From positions 1 to 34,821 of the forward strand of contig WFOX01000084.1 of the NCBI GenBank assembly GCA_015487905.1: a DNA stretch of 34,821 nt, given 5' to 3'. Both the position numbers and the translations under genes were made by a program. The DNA comes from Mariprofundales bacterium (GTDB lineage Bacteria; Pseudomonadota; Zetaproteobacteria; Mariprofundales; S012-25). Shown here one piece after another: positions 17,770-26,878 of this stretch; position 1 is the stretch's first letter; each line of letters starts with the position of its first letter. The notes beneath the pieces were generated by a model. It did no database searches. It was not told the origin of the DNA and saw nothing but the letters and a program-made list of their open reading frames with translations.

Positions 17770-18621
17770 ATGCAACGCTTGCGTGTGGCGATGTTGGCTT
17801 GGGCGCCCTATGCCGTGATGGCGGCTTCACTTGCGGCGATGGCGGCCACCATCTGGCGCGGCTACACCTTCGCACCGCCGGGTGAGGAGCCTGTGGCGCT
17901 GGATGCGCAAGCAGAAAGCCAGGCGCGCTGGGATGCGTGGCTTGCGGAGCTTGCGCGTGCGCCGCTTTTCGGTGCTTTGCCGAGCAAGCCCACGAAGGCG
18001 GCGCAGCCGCCTGCGCAGGCCTTGCCGCCTGCGCGGCTGGATGCACAGCTTGTGGGCGTGATCACAGGGCCGTTGGCGGCGGCGATTTTGCTCGTGCACG
18101 GCAAACAGGCGGTGTATTGGCTTGGAGATGAGGTGGCCCCGGGCGTGCGGCTTGTGGAGGTGGGGGCGGATTATGCCGTGGTGGAGCATGGGGGTCGCCG
18201 TGAGCGGCTTGCGCTGATCAAGCCCAAGCAAGCGGCGTTTTCGCCTAGGCCCATGCCCGCGCCGAAGCGCACGGTGGCGCGCGCACCCGTGGTGCCGCAG
18301 GTGCAGCGGCGGCGCATCCCGCGCCCTTGGCTGCGCCGGCAACTTGCGCATCTTCCGGAGATTCTAAGACAAGCGCGTGTCGTGCCGCGCTATGAGAACG
18401 GCAAGTTCGCAGGCTTTATGATCACGAACATCGTGCCGGGTTCGGTCTATGAGAAAATCGGGCTGCAAAACGGGGATGTGATTCAGGCGGTCAATGGCGT
18501 CGTCGTGAAAACCCCGCAAGAGGCGATGCAGCTTTACGAAAAGCTCAAGGATGCCAGCCATATCGCCGTGAAGATCAAGCGGCGGGGCGTGGAGATGACC
18601 TTGAACTACGAAATGCGCTAG
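17770..18621 (+). CDS. gspC: T2SS protein C (TM anchor plus HR-like region plus PDZ domain)
   Basis: The tail of track ORF 16966..18621 from MQRLRVAMLAWAPYAVMAASLAAMAATIW. C-terminal PDZ segment GFMITNIVPGSVYEKIGLQNGDVIQAVNG. The gene sits immediately before the secretin. Confidence 0.75.
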   Translation: MQRLRVAMLAWAPYAVMAASLAAMAATIWRGYTFAPPGEEPVALDAQAESQARWDAWLAELARAPLFGALPSKPTKAAQPPAQALPPARLDAQLVGVITGPLAAAILLVHGKQAVYWLGDEVAPGVRLVEVGADYAVVEHGGRRERLALIKPKQAAFSPRPMPAPKRTVARAPVVPQVQRRRIPRPWLRRQLAHLPEILRQARVVPRYENGKFAGFMITNIVPGSVYEKIGLQNGDVIQAVNGVVVKTPQEAMQLYEKLKDASHIAVKIKRRGVEMTLNYEMR

Positions 18622-18630
18622 GGGGAAGCG

Positions 18631-20511
18631 GTGCGTCGTTGGTGGATGGGGATCGCGGCGTGGCTCGCACTGGCGGCCGCGGCCGCAGCGCAAAGCTTCA
18701 CGATGAACTTTGAAAACGCGGATTTGCGCCGCGTGATGGAGTATGTAGCCAAGGCCACGGGCAAGAACTTTCTCGTGGATCCGCGCGTGCGCGGCACGGT
18801 CACGGTGATCAGCGAAACGCCGATGCGCGCGGATGAGCTTTGGGATGTGTTTCTCTCCATCTTGGAGGTGCACGGCTATGCGGCCGTGGAAGAGGGCAAT
18901 GTCGTAAAAATCGTGCCGCGCGCAGAAGGCAAGCAAAAGCCCGTGCCCGTGCTTGTGCGCCCCCAAGGGGCCACAGATGCGCTTGCAACGACCGTGATCC
19001 GCCTTCAATACGCCGATGCGCAGCAGCTTGTCGCGATTCTCAGGCCGCTTGTGCCGCCCAACTCGCACATCGTCGCCTATCCGCGCGGCAACATGATCCT
19101 GATTACCGATGCGGTGGCGAACATCCGCCGCATCGCACGGCTCGTGCGCCTTTTGGATCGCAAGGAGGCCGTAGGCGTGCGCATCTTGCCGCTTGCGCAC
19201 GCCTCAGCCGAGAAGCTGGCCAGTCTGCTTGGGCGCTTGTATCCGGCCAAAAGCGCGCTTGCGCTCAAAGCGATTGCGCATGAGCCCGGCAATACGCTCG
19301 TGCTCGTGGGACCTCCGCCTTTGCTCAATGAGGCGGAGGCGCTCGTGCGCCGCTTGGATCAGGAGCCGAAAACGGATCTGGGGCGCTTGCACATCCGCTA
19401 CTTGCGCTTTGCCAAGGCCGAGGAGATGGCCAAGGTGCTTGCGGATCTTTTGCAGGCCAAGGGCAAGAAGGGGGTTGTGGCGGGAGAGGTGCGCGTGGTC
19501 GCCGAGCCTTCCACGAACGCGCTGCTTGTGACAGCCGATCCGAACGATTGGCGCGCGATCGCGCGCGTGATTGATCGCTTGGACATTGAGCGCCGCCAAG
19601 TGCTCATTGAGTCGTTGATCGTGGAGGTCTCGGCGAATGCGCTGGAGCAGTTCGGCATTGAATGGCGCGCGCTCGGCAACTTCAACCAGCCCAAGCGCCG
19701 GGCCTTCGGGGGCACGAACTTCCCTTCGCAATCGGGCGTGTCCATCCAAAGCGTGGCCGCCAACCCCTTCAACACGGGCGCGGGGCTTGTGGTGGGGCTT
19801 GTGGATGGCACGATCCGCTTCGGCGGACAAACCTTTTTGAACCTCGGGGCGCTTGCCAGGGCGCTTGAGACGCGCGCGCACGCGAATGTGCTTTCCACAC
19901 CCACCTTGCTTACCTTGGACAACGAATCGGCCGAGATCATCGTCGGGCAAAATGTGCCGTTCATCACGGGCCGTGCCACAACCCAAGGGGGTGTGGCCAA
20001 CCCGTTTCAAACCATTGAGCGGCGCGACATCGGGCTCAAGCTCAAGGTGAAGCCGCGCATTGCGGCCGGCGATGCGCTCACCCTGGAGATCTATCAGGAA
20101 ATCTCCAGCATTGACCGCCAAGCGACCGCCCAAGGCGCGGATCTCATCACGAACAAGCGCTCCATCCAAACCGTTGTCCTTGCGCACGACGGCCAAACGA
20201 TCGTGCTTGGCGGGCTTATGCGCGAGGATGATACGCAATCCGTGCAGCGCGTGCCGTGTTTGGGTGCGATCCCGATCCTCGGCGAGTTCTTTCGCTTTAC
20301 CGAAAACCAGCATCGCAAGACGAACCTCATGGTCTTCCTCAAGCCGCACATCGTGCGCAATCCGAAGGACTTGGCGGCGCTCGTGAATGAAAAATACATA
20401 GACATCCGCTCGCTTTACGAACAGCCCGCGAATGAGGGCACGATCCTCTTTCCGGAAGCGCCGCGCAAGCTTCCCAAGCGCTTTGCCCCCAAAGGGGCTT
20501 CTAAGCCATGA
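18631..20511 (+). CDS. gspD: T2SS outer-membrane secretin
   Basis: Signal peptide, N0 segment FTMNFENADLRRVMEYVAKATGKNFLVDPRVRGTVTVIS and secretin motif VPCLGAIPILGEFFRF. The GTG start comes after GGGGGAAG. Confidence 0.9.
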   Translation: MRRWWMGIAAWLALAAAAAAQSFTMNFENADLRRVMEYVAKATGKNFLVDPRVRGTVTVISETPMRADELWDVFLSILEVHGYAAVEEGNVVKIVPRAEGKQKPVPVLVRPQGATDALATTVIRLQYADAQQLVAILRPLVPPNSHIVAYPRGNMILITDAVANIRRIARLVRLLDRKEAVGVRILPLAHASAEKLASLLGRLYPAKSALALKAIAHEPGNTLVLVGPPPLLNEAEALVRRLDQEPKTDLGRLHIRYLRFAKAEEMAKVLADLLQAKGKKGVVAGEVRVVAEPSTNALLVTADPNDWRAIARVIDRLDIERRQVLIESLIVEVSANALEQFGIEWRALGNFNQPKRRAFGGTNFPSQSGVSIQSVAANPFNTGAGLVVGLVDGTIRFGGQTFLNLGALARALETRAHANVLSTPTLLTLDNESAEIIVGQNVPFITGRATTQGGVANPFQTIERRDIGLKLKVKPRIAAGDALTLEIYQEISSIDRQATAQGADLITNKRSIQTVVLAHDGQTIVLGGLMREDDTQSVQRVPCLGAIPILGEFFRFTENQHRKTNLMVFLKPHIVRNPKDLAALVNEKYIDIRSLYEQPANEGTILFPEAPRKLPKRFAPKGASKP

Positions 20512-22058
20512 GCGCAGCGCCATCCCTTTCCGAACGACGGCCAGCGGATCGCGAGGCGCTCGCGGCGCGGCCTGCGGCGCTTTGGCGCGAGGCGGGTGTC
20601 GTGCCGCTTGCCTGGCGGGCGGAAGAAGAGCAAGCGCGGCCCGTGCTCGTGGCCGAGGACGCCGATCCTTGGCCCTGGTGGCTGCTTGCGCGCTTGGAGG
20701 CCGAGGCGGGCAAGCCCCTTTGGGTGCTCGTGCGCCCGCGCGCGGAGGTGGAGGCCGTGCTGCACGAGGCGCTGGAAGAGACGCGCGCCACGGCCGCGGA
20801 GATGGTGGAAGAGATGGCTGAAAAGGACATCGCGCGCGAGGTGGAGGAGGTCGCCGATCTTTTGGAGACCGATGATGACGCGCCGGTGGTGCGGCTTGTC
20901 AATGCGCTCGTCGCCCAGGCCCTGCGCGAGCGCGCCTCCGATGTGCACATTGAGCCTTACGAGCGCGAGGTGCTCGTGCGCTTTCGCATTGACGGCGTGC
21001 TGCACACGATCGTGCGCCCGCCTGCTTCCGTGCATGCGGCGCTGGTGTCGCGCATCAAGGTCATGGCGGGGCTGGACATCGCCGAAAAGCGGCTTCCGCA
21101 GGACGGGCGCTTCTTCGTGCGGGTGGCGGGCCGCGAGGTGGATGTGCGCGTCTCCATCCTGCCCACGGCGTTTGGCGAGCGCGTCGTGCTCAGGCTTTTG
21201 GATCGCGGCGCGCGCATGCTCAGCTTGGAAGAGCTCGGCATGGCCGAGGATCACCTGGCCCTTGTGCGCGAAACGATCGCTTCGCCGCATGGGATTGCGT
21301 TGGTTACAGGCCCCACAGGAAGCGGCAAGACGACGACGCTGTATGCGGCGCTGCTCGCCGTGGATCGCGAAAACCGCAATGTCATGACGATTGAAGATCC
21401 CGTGGAGTATCGCATTGCTGGGGTCGCGCAGATGCAGGTGCGCCCGAAGATCGGGCTTACCTTTGCAGCGGGCTTGCGCTCCATCCTGCGCCAGGACCCC
21501 GACATCGTGATGGTGGGCGAAATCCGCGATCTGGAAACGGCCGAGATCGCGATTCAAGCTTCACTTACGGGCCACTTGGTGCTTGCGACTTTGCACACGA
21601 ATGACGCGCTTTCCTCCATCGTGCGGCTTACGGATATGGGGGTGGAGCCGTATCTTGTGGCCTCATCGCTCATCCTCGTGGAGGCGCAGCGGCTTGTGCG
21701 CAGGCTTTGCCCTGCGTGCAAGCGCGCGCGTGCGGCCCGCGCCGAGGATTGGCGCTTGCTGGATCTTCCTGCGGATGCGTATCCGGAGGTGGAAGCGGTG
21801 TATGAGCCTGTGGGTTGTGCGGCTTGCCGCGGCTCGGGCTATCGCGGCCGGATCGCGATCTACGAAATGGCCAAGATCAGCGAGGCCTTGCGCGCCGCGA
21901 TCCACGACGGGGCGTCCTTGGATCGGCTGCGCAAAATCGCCGCGCGCGAGGGCATGCGCACGCTCAGACAAGACGGTGCGCGCCATGTCGCCGCGGGCAT
22001 CACGAGCATAGAAGAGGTGTTGCGCGTGACGCGCGAAGGGGCGCTTGAGGAGGCCTGA
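20508..22058 (+). CDS. gspE: T2SS ATPase
   Basis: Walker A GPTGSGKTTTLYA, motifs DVHIEP and MVGEIRD, and a tetracysteine motif CPACK...CAACRGSGYRGR. Confidence 0.95.
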   Translation: MSAAPSLSERRPADREALAARPAALWREAGVVPLAWRAEEEQARPVLVAEDADPWPWWLLARLEAEAGKPLWVLVRPRAEVEAVLHEALEETRATAAEMVEEMAEKDIAREVEEVADLLETDDDAPVVRLVNALVAQALRERASDVHIEPYEREVLVRFRIDGVLHTIVRPPASVHAALVSRIKVMAGLDIAEKRLPQDGRFFVRVAGREVDVRVSILPTAFGERVVLRLLDRGARMLSLEELGMAEDHLALVRETIASPHGIALVTGPTGSGKTTTLYAALLAVDRENRNVMTIEDPVEYRIAGVAQMQVRPKIGLTFAAGLRSILRQDPDIVMVGEIRDLETAEIAIQASLTGHLVLATLHTNDALSSIVRLTDMGVEPYLVASSLILVEAQRLVRRLCPACKRARAARAEDWRLLDLPADAYPEVEAVYEPVGCAACRGSGYRGRIAIYEMAKISEALRAAIHDGASLDRLRKIAAREGMRTLRQDGARHVAAGITSIEEVLRVTREGALEEA

Positions 22059-23242
22059 TGCCGTTGTTTCGCTATGAGGCCTTGGATGCGAAGGGGCGCG
22101 TGCGCCGCGGCGAGTTGGAGGCCGAGCACGAGCGCGCCGCGCGCCGACTGCTCAAGCGCCAAGGGCTTGTGCCGCGCAAGTTGATGACCGCGGATGCCGT
22201 GCGCGCGCGGCGGCGGATTGCGGTGCGCACGCGCGATTGGTTGGCCGTATTTGAGCAGCTTGCTGCGCTCTTGGAGGCCGGCGCGCCGCTTGCCGAGGCA
22301 TTGGCCGCCATCGCCGAGCATGAGGAGAGCGCGCGCGTGCGCACCCTTGCGGCGGCGCTGCGCGGGCGCGTGCTGGAAGGGGCCTCGTTGGCGGCGGCGC
22401 TTGCGGAGGTCGGCGCGCCTGAGGCGCTTTGGCGCATGGTGCAGGCGGGCGAGGAGGCGGGCGCGCTTGCGGCTGTATGCGCGCGCACGGCCGAGTTGCT
22501 CGCCAGGCGGCTTGCTGCGCGCGAGGAGCTTTTGTCCATTGCTCTGTATCCGGCCATCGTCTTCGCAACGGGCCTGTTCGTGGCCTATGCGTTGCTCGCC
22601 TTCGTCGTGCCGCAGGTGGCGCGCGTCTTTGCGCATGCGCATGCCGAGCTTCCCCTCATCACGCGCGTGGTGCTGGCCGCCTCAGCCTTCGTGCGCCAGT
22701 GGGGCGTGTGGCTTGCGCTTGCACTTGCGGGCGCGGCTTCGTGGTGGGCGCGCAGGCAGCCGCGCTTGCGCGCGCGCATGGACGCCTGGCTTGTGCGCAT
22801 GCCGCTTTTGGGAAGGCTTTGGCTGCGCGCCGAGTTTGCGCGCGCGGCGCGCACCTTGGGGCTTTTGCTCGCAGGCGGCGTGCCGCTTCTGGCCGCGCTT
22901 GGCATCGCCGCCGAGGGCGCTGCGCTTGCGCCCGTGCGCGCGCTGCTTTTGGAGGCGCGCGAAGCCGTGCGCGAAGGCGAGGCGCTGGCGACGGCTCTGG
23001 GAAGAAGCGCGCTTGCGCCGCCGCTGCTCGTGCGCTTTGCGCGCATGGGGGAGGCGGGCGGCACCTTGGATCGCATGTTGCTCAAGGTCGGCGACCGCAT
23101 GGAGGCTGAAGTGGCCGCGCGCATTCGCCGCGCGCTCACCTTGCTGGAGCCTGCGCTCATTTTGCTCATGGCCGTGGGGGTGGGCACGATGGCCGCGGCG
23201 ATCTTGCTGCCGCTTGTGGAAATGAACGCGCTCGTGCGATGA
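22058..23242 (+). CDS. gspF: T2SS inner-membrane platform protein
   Basis: MPLFRYEALDAKGRVRRGELEA is a typical GspF N-terminus. Two GspF-type repeats and three TM segments are present. Confidence 0.9.
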   Translation: MPLFRYEALDAKGRVRRGELEAEHERAARRLLKRQGLVPRKLMTADAVRARRRIAVRTRDWLAVFEQLAALLEAGAPLAEALAAIAEHEESARVRTLAAALRGRVLEGASLAAALAEVGAPEALWRMVQAGEEAGALAAVCARTAELLARRLAAREELLSIALYPAIVFATGLFVAYALLAFVVPQVARVFAHAHAELPLITRVVLAASAFVRQWGVWLALALAGAASWWARRQPRLRARMDAWLVRMPLLGRLWLRAEFARAARTLGLLLAGGVPLLAALGIAAEGAALAPVRALLLEAREAVREGEALATALGRSALAPPLLVRFARMGEAGGTLDRMLLKVGDRMEAEVAARIRRALTLLEPALILLMAVGVGTMAAAILLPLVEMNALVR

Positions 23243-23850
23243 TCCGCATGTGTATTCTGTGCGTGTTGCTGGCAAGTGCGGCGTGGCCTGCGCTTGCCGA
23301 TGAAGAGGCGGCCTATGCGCGCCTGATCGCCACCGCCGCGCAAGGAAAGATCCAAGAGGCGCTTGCGGCTTGTGCGGTCGTGCAGGCCCAGGGGGTGCAT
23401 GGGATTTGGGGGCGCCGCTTGCAGGCGGCTTGCGCGCTTTTGGCGATGCGTGCTGCGCGCAGCACCCGTTTGCCGTCCGCGCCTTCCTTGCCCGAGCTTG
23501 TGCTTGCGCGCACCTGGCAAAATGCGCATCCGCCGCCTGCCCCGGCGCATCCCTGGCGCATCGGCCTTGCCTCAGCGCTTGTGCCCGGGCTTGGGCACCT
23601 GCTTTTGGGGCGCAAGCAGGATGCGCTTGTGGCGGCCTTGTTCGTCTGGCCGATGTTCGGCTTGACCGTCTGGGCCTGGCGGCGGCGCATGGGGCCGGTG
23701 GTCGTCTTTTTCGCCTGGATCACGCTTTGGCTGTGGTCGGGGGTCGTGTTCTCTTCGGTTTCGCTTGCCGAGCGCACAAGCGTGGAGGACTATGCGCGCT
23801 GGTGGGCGGGGCTGTGGCAGGCCTCAGGGCTTCCAGGTAGGCCGTGGTGA
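23239..23850 (+). CDS. Unassigned T2SS-embedded protein: signal peptide, short helical periplasmic region, Pro-rich linker and 3 TM helices
   Basis: Signal peptide MIRMCILCVLLASAAWPALA. A PGLGHLLLGRK motif sits at the first TM, followed by two more hydrophobic helices. ATGA overlap with gspF. Confidence 0.55.
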   Translation: MIRMCILCVLLASAAWPALADEEAAYARLIATAAQGKIQEALAACAVVQAQGVHGIWGRRLQAACALLAMRAARSTRLPSAPSLPELVLARTWQNAHPPPAPAHPWRIGLASALVPGLGHLLLGRKQDALVAALFVWPMFGLTVWAWRRRMGPVVVFFAWITLWLWSGVVFSSVSLAERTSVEDYARWWAGLWQASGLPGRPW

Positions 23851-24200
23851 AGCGCGCAGGGCTTTTGTATGCGCTTTTGGCAAGCGGGGCGCTTGCGCTT
23901 GCGCCGCTTTGGTGGGCGATGGGGGCGCCGACAAGCACGCCGCGCATGCTTCCCTTTGCGTTTTGGCAGGCCTTTTTGGGCCGCATTGACGGGCGCAGTT
24001 GCCCTTCTTATCCCGTGTGCTCGCGCTATGCGGCTGAGGCCGTCGCCCGGCACGGCTTGGTGGTGGGCCTATGGCTTGCGCTGGATCGGCTCATCCACGA
24101 AGCAGGGGAAGTCGCAACAGGCCCGCGCGTGCACATTGACGGCGTGATCAGGGTTTACGATCCTTTGCAGCGCAACGACTTTTGGCTGGAGGAACAGTGA
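23844..24200 (+). CDS. Divergent YidD-like (DUF37 / membrane protein insertion efficiency factor family) protein with N-terminal hydrophobic segment
   Basis: FWQAFLGRIDGRSCPSYPVCSRYAAEAVARHGLVVGLWLALDRL aligns by eye with E. coli YidD [43 protein letters not shown]. The third conserved Cys is absent. The stop overlaps the gspG GTG (GTGA). Confidence 0.6.
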   Translation: MVKRAGLLYALLASGALALAPLWWAMGAPTSTPRMLPFAFWQAFLGRIDGRSCPSYPVCSRYAAEAVARHGLVVGLWLALDRLIHEAGEVATGPRVHIDGVIRVYDPLQRNDFWLEEQ

Positions 24201-24583
24201 AGCGGCAACGCGGCTTTACGCTTTTGGAGATCATGGTCGTGCTCGTGATTCTGGGCCTTTTGGCGGCGCTGATCGCGCCAAGGCTCATTGAGCGCGCCGA
24301 AGAAGCCAAGGTCAAGGCCACGCGCGTGCAGATGAAGAGCATAGAAGAGGCGCTCAAGCTCTATCGGTTGCAGCACGGCGCGTATCCGAAAACCCTTGCC
24401 GAGCTTGCCAAGCCCGACGCCAACGGCAAGCGCTATTTGGATCGCGTGCCCAAGGACGCTTGGGGCCGTGATTTCGTCTATCTCTATCCGGGCGTGCATG
24501 GAGATTACGATCTCGTTTCCTACGGCGCCGACGGCAAGCCCGGCGGAAGCGGTGTCAATGCGGACATCACGAGTTGGGAGTAG
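24197..24583 (+). CDS. gspG: T2SS major pseudopilin
   Basis: Prepilin leader MKRQRG followed by FTLLEIMVVLVILGLLAALIAP. Also DAWGRDFVYLYPGVHGDYDLVSYGADGKPGG. Confidence 0.9.
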   Translation: MKRQRGFTLLEIMVVLVILGLLAALIAPRLIERAEEAKVKATRVQMKSIEEALKLYRLQHGAYPKTLAELAKPDANGKRYLDRVPKDAWGRDFVYLYPGVHGDYDLVSYGADGKPGGSGVNADITSWE

Positions 24584-25064
24584 CGGCGCGCCTGCATTCA
24601 CATTGCTGGAAGTGCTGATCGTCATTGCACTGGCTGCGCTGCTTGCGGCACTCGTGCTGCCGCGCTGGTGGGCGCTCGTGCGCCCCCATCCCGAGGACGC
24701 CTTGCGCCCGCTTGCGGGAAGTTGGAGCGAGCTGCGCTGGACGGCCGTGATGACGGGAAGGCCCGTGCGGCTGCGCTGGTTTGCGCGGCGCTGGGAGGCG
24801 CAAGCGCGCGAATGGCGGGGTGAGAAGCCCATATGGCGCCTGTTGGCGCAAGGGGAATATCCCAAGGGATGGCGGCTTGCTGCGGCCACGCCGCGCTTTG
24901 CCGGGGTGTGGGCGAAAGAGGGGGCGCCTCCGCTTGCCGAACTCACCGTGCCGCCCACAGGCGCGTTTGCACCCGTGCGGCTGCGCTTTGCCGAGCATAA
25001 GACCGCGCTCATCGTGCGCGTGCCGCCGCTGCCTGCTCCCGTGCAGGTGGTGCGTGCGCGCTAA
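24558..25064 (+). CDS. gspH: T2SS minor pseudopilin H
   Basis: MRTSRVGSSGAPA followed by FTLLEVLIVIALAALLAALV. Assigned from position and size (168 aa). GTG 24552 is an alternative start. Confidence 0.7.
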   Translation: MRTSRVGSSGAPAFTLLEVLIVIALAALLAALVLPRWWALVRPHPEDALRPLAGSWSELRWTAVMTGRPVRLRWFARRWEAQAREWRGEKPIWRLLAQGEYPKGWRLAAATPRFAGVWAKEGAPPLAELTVPPTGAFAPVRLRFAEHKTALIVRVPPLPAPVQVVRAR

Positions 25065-25401
25065 GGGATTCACGCTTTTGGAGGCGCTTGTCGCCGTGGG
25101 GGTGCTCGCGGCGGCCTTGGGCGCGCTTGCGCTGCGGCTTGCGCACGCGGCGGATGCGCTGCGCACCCTGCGCCATGAGATCGCGCTTGTAGAAGCCGCG
25201 CGCAACGAACTTGCCGAGGCTTTGCTCGTGCCCGTGCCTTCCGAGGAGCGACGCTTTACGCGCAGTTGGGATGGAGCCACGCTGCATGTGCGCTGGTGGG
25301 CTGAAAAAACCGCGCTTGCGGGTTTCGTGCGCGAGAATGTGGAGGTGCGCATGGAGGGTGAACCGCCCGTGCGCTTGTTTGTGTATCGGGCGCTGCCATG
25401 A
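25054..25401 (+). CDS. gspI: T2SS minor pseudopilin I
   Basis: GTG start, MRAKG followed by FTLLEALVAVGVLAAALGA. 115 aa. Confidence 0.8.
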   Translation: MRAKGFTLLEALVAVGVLAAALGALALRLAHAADALRTLRHEIALVEAARNELAEALLVPVPSEERRFTRSWDGATLHVRWWAEKTALAGFVRENVEVRMEGEPPVRLFVYRALP

Positions 25402-25967
25402 GGCGGGGATTTACCTTGCTGGAGGTGCTGCTTGCGATTGCGATTACGGCGGTCGTGGCCTGGCTTGCTGCGCAAGCGCTTGCGCCCGCAATGAAAGGCT
25501 GGCGCAGTTGGCAAAAGGCGCAACAGGCGCAAACGGAGCTTTTGCTCGCGGGGCTGCTTTTGCGCCGCGATCTTGCGCTTTTAAGCCCGGGTGCCGGGCA
25601 AACGCCGGCCTTGGTGATTGAAAACGATTCACGCGCCGGGCGCGAGTTTGACCGCCTGAGGCTCCTTGCGGCCACGGACGAGTTTGCTGAGCTTGCACGC
25701 GTTCGTTGGTATGTGGATGAGCGCACGGGCGAGCTCGTGCGTGAAAGCGTGGGGATGATGCATGCGCGCGCCGCGGCGCTGGAGATGCGCTTCGGCAAGG
25801 TGGCATCGTTTTCGGTGCGCGCGCGCGGCGAGGACGGGCGCTGGCAGGACAACTGGGGCGCGCTCGGCGCGCCCCGCGTCTTGCCGGAGCTTGTGGAGGT
25901 GAAGGTGAAGACGGGCCAAGCGCAGATGCGCTGGCTTGCGCCTGTGCTTGTGGAGCGCGAGCTATGA
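25398..25967 (+). CDS. gspJ: T2SS minor pseudopilin J
   Basis: MRRG followed by FTLLEVLLAIAITAVV. 189 aa. ATGA overlap with gspI. Confidence 0.8.
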   Translation: MRRGFTLLEVLLAIAITAVVAWLAAQALAPAMKGWRSWQKAQQAQTELLLAGLLLRRDLALLSPGAGQTPALVIENDSRAGREFDRLRLLAATDEFAELARVRWYVDERTGELVRESVGMMHARAAALEMRFGKVASFSVRARGEDGRWQDNWGALGAPRVLPELVEVKVKTGQAQMRWLAPVLVEREL

Positions 25968-26878
25968 ACGAGCGCGGTGTCGCGCTTTTGTTTGCGTTGG
26001 GCGTGGTGGCCGTGGTGGCGGCGGTGGCCGCAAGCGGCGCGCAAGACGAGGCCTTATTGCTGCGCGAGACAGAAGCGCTTGCTGCGCGCGCCAAGGCCGA
26101 AGGAGCGGCGCTTTCGGGGTTGATGCTTGCTGTGTGGGGGCTGCGCGCCGATGCCAAGCGCGACGGCAATGCGCCCGTGGATCACTTGGAGGAGGAATGG
26201 GCGGCGCCTGCGCCGCCGTTCCCCGTGGACGGCGGCACCGTGCAGGGCTGGATCACGGACGCCCAAGGCTGCTACAACCTCAACGATCTCGTGGACGCGC
26301 AAGGACATGTGCGGCTTGCCGAGGTCAAGGTCGTGAAGCGCCTGTTCCGCTTGCTGGATTTGAATCCCAGCCTCGTGGATGCGCTCGTGGATTGGATGGA
26401 TGCGGATGATGTGCCCTTCGGTCCCGGCGGTGCGGAAGAGGCCTCCTATCTTGCGCGCGGGCTGCACGCCAAAAACGGCCCCTTGGATCGCATGCGCGAG
26501 CTTGCGCTGCTTCCGGGGTTTTCGCCGCAGGTGCGCGCCGCCTTGCAAAAGGTCGCGTGCGTGCTGCCTAGACGCGGCAACGCCCCTTGGCCGATCAACC
26601 TCAACACGGCGCCGCTTATCGTCGTGCGCGCGTTCTTTCCGCAGCTTTCCGAAGCCGAGGCCGAGCGCTGGGCTGCCGAGCGGCCGTTTCGGCGCGTGGC
26701 CGATGCGCTGAGCATGCCTTGGGCGCGCGGTGCGAATCCCGCGCGCTTTTCGGTGAACTCGCATTGGTTCTTCGTGCGCGTGCGCGCGCGCTATGGGCTT
26801 GGCGAGGCCAGCTACCGCTACCTCGTGCAACGCACGGGCACCACGCTCGTGCTCGTGCGCGTGGAGCCGTTTGGATGA
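25964..26878 (+). CDS. gspK: T2SS minor pseudopilin K
   Basis: MNERGVALLFALGVVAVV lacks Glu5, as is typical of GspK. Also DWMDADD and INLNTAP motifs. Confidence 0.85.
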   Translation: MNERGVALLFALGVVAVVAAVAASGAQDEALLLRETEALAARAKAEGAALSGLMLAVWGLRADAKRDGNAPVDHLEEEWAAPAPPFPVDGGTVQGWITDAQGCYNLNDLVDAQGHVRLAEVKVVKRLFRLLDLNPSLVDALVDWMDADDVPFGPGGAEEASYLARGLHAKNGPLDRMRELALLPGFSPQVRAALQKVACVLPRRGNAPWPINLNTAPLIVVRAFFPQLSEAEAERWAAERPFRRVADALSMPWARGANPARFSVNSHWFFVRVRARYGLGEASYRYLVQRTGTTLVLVRVEPFG

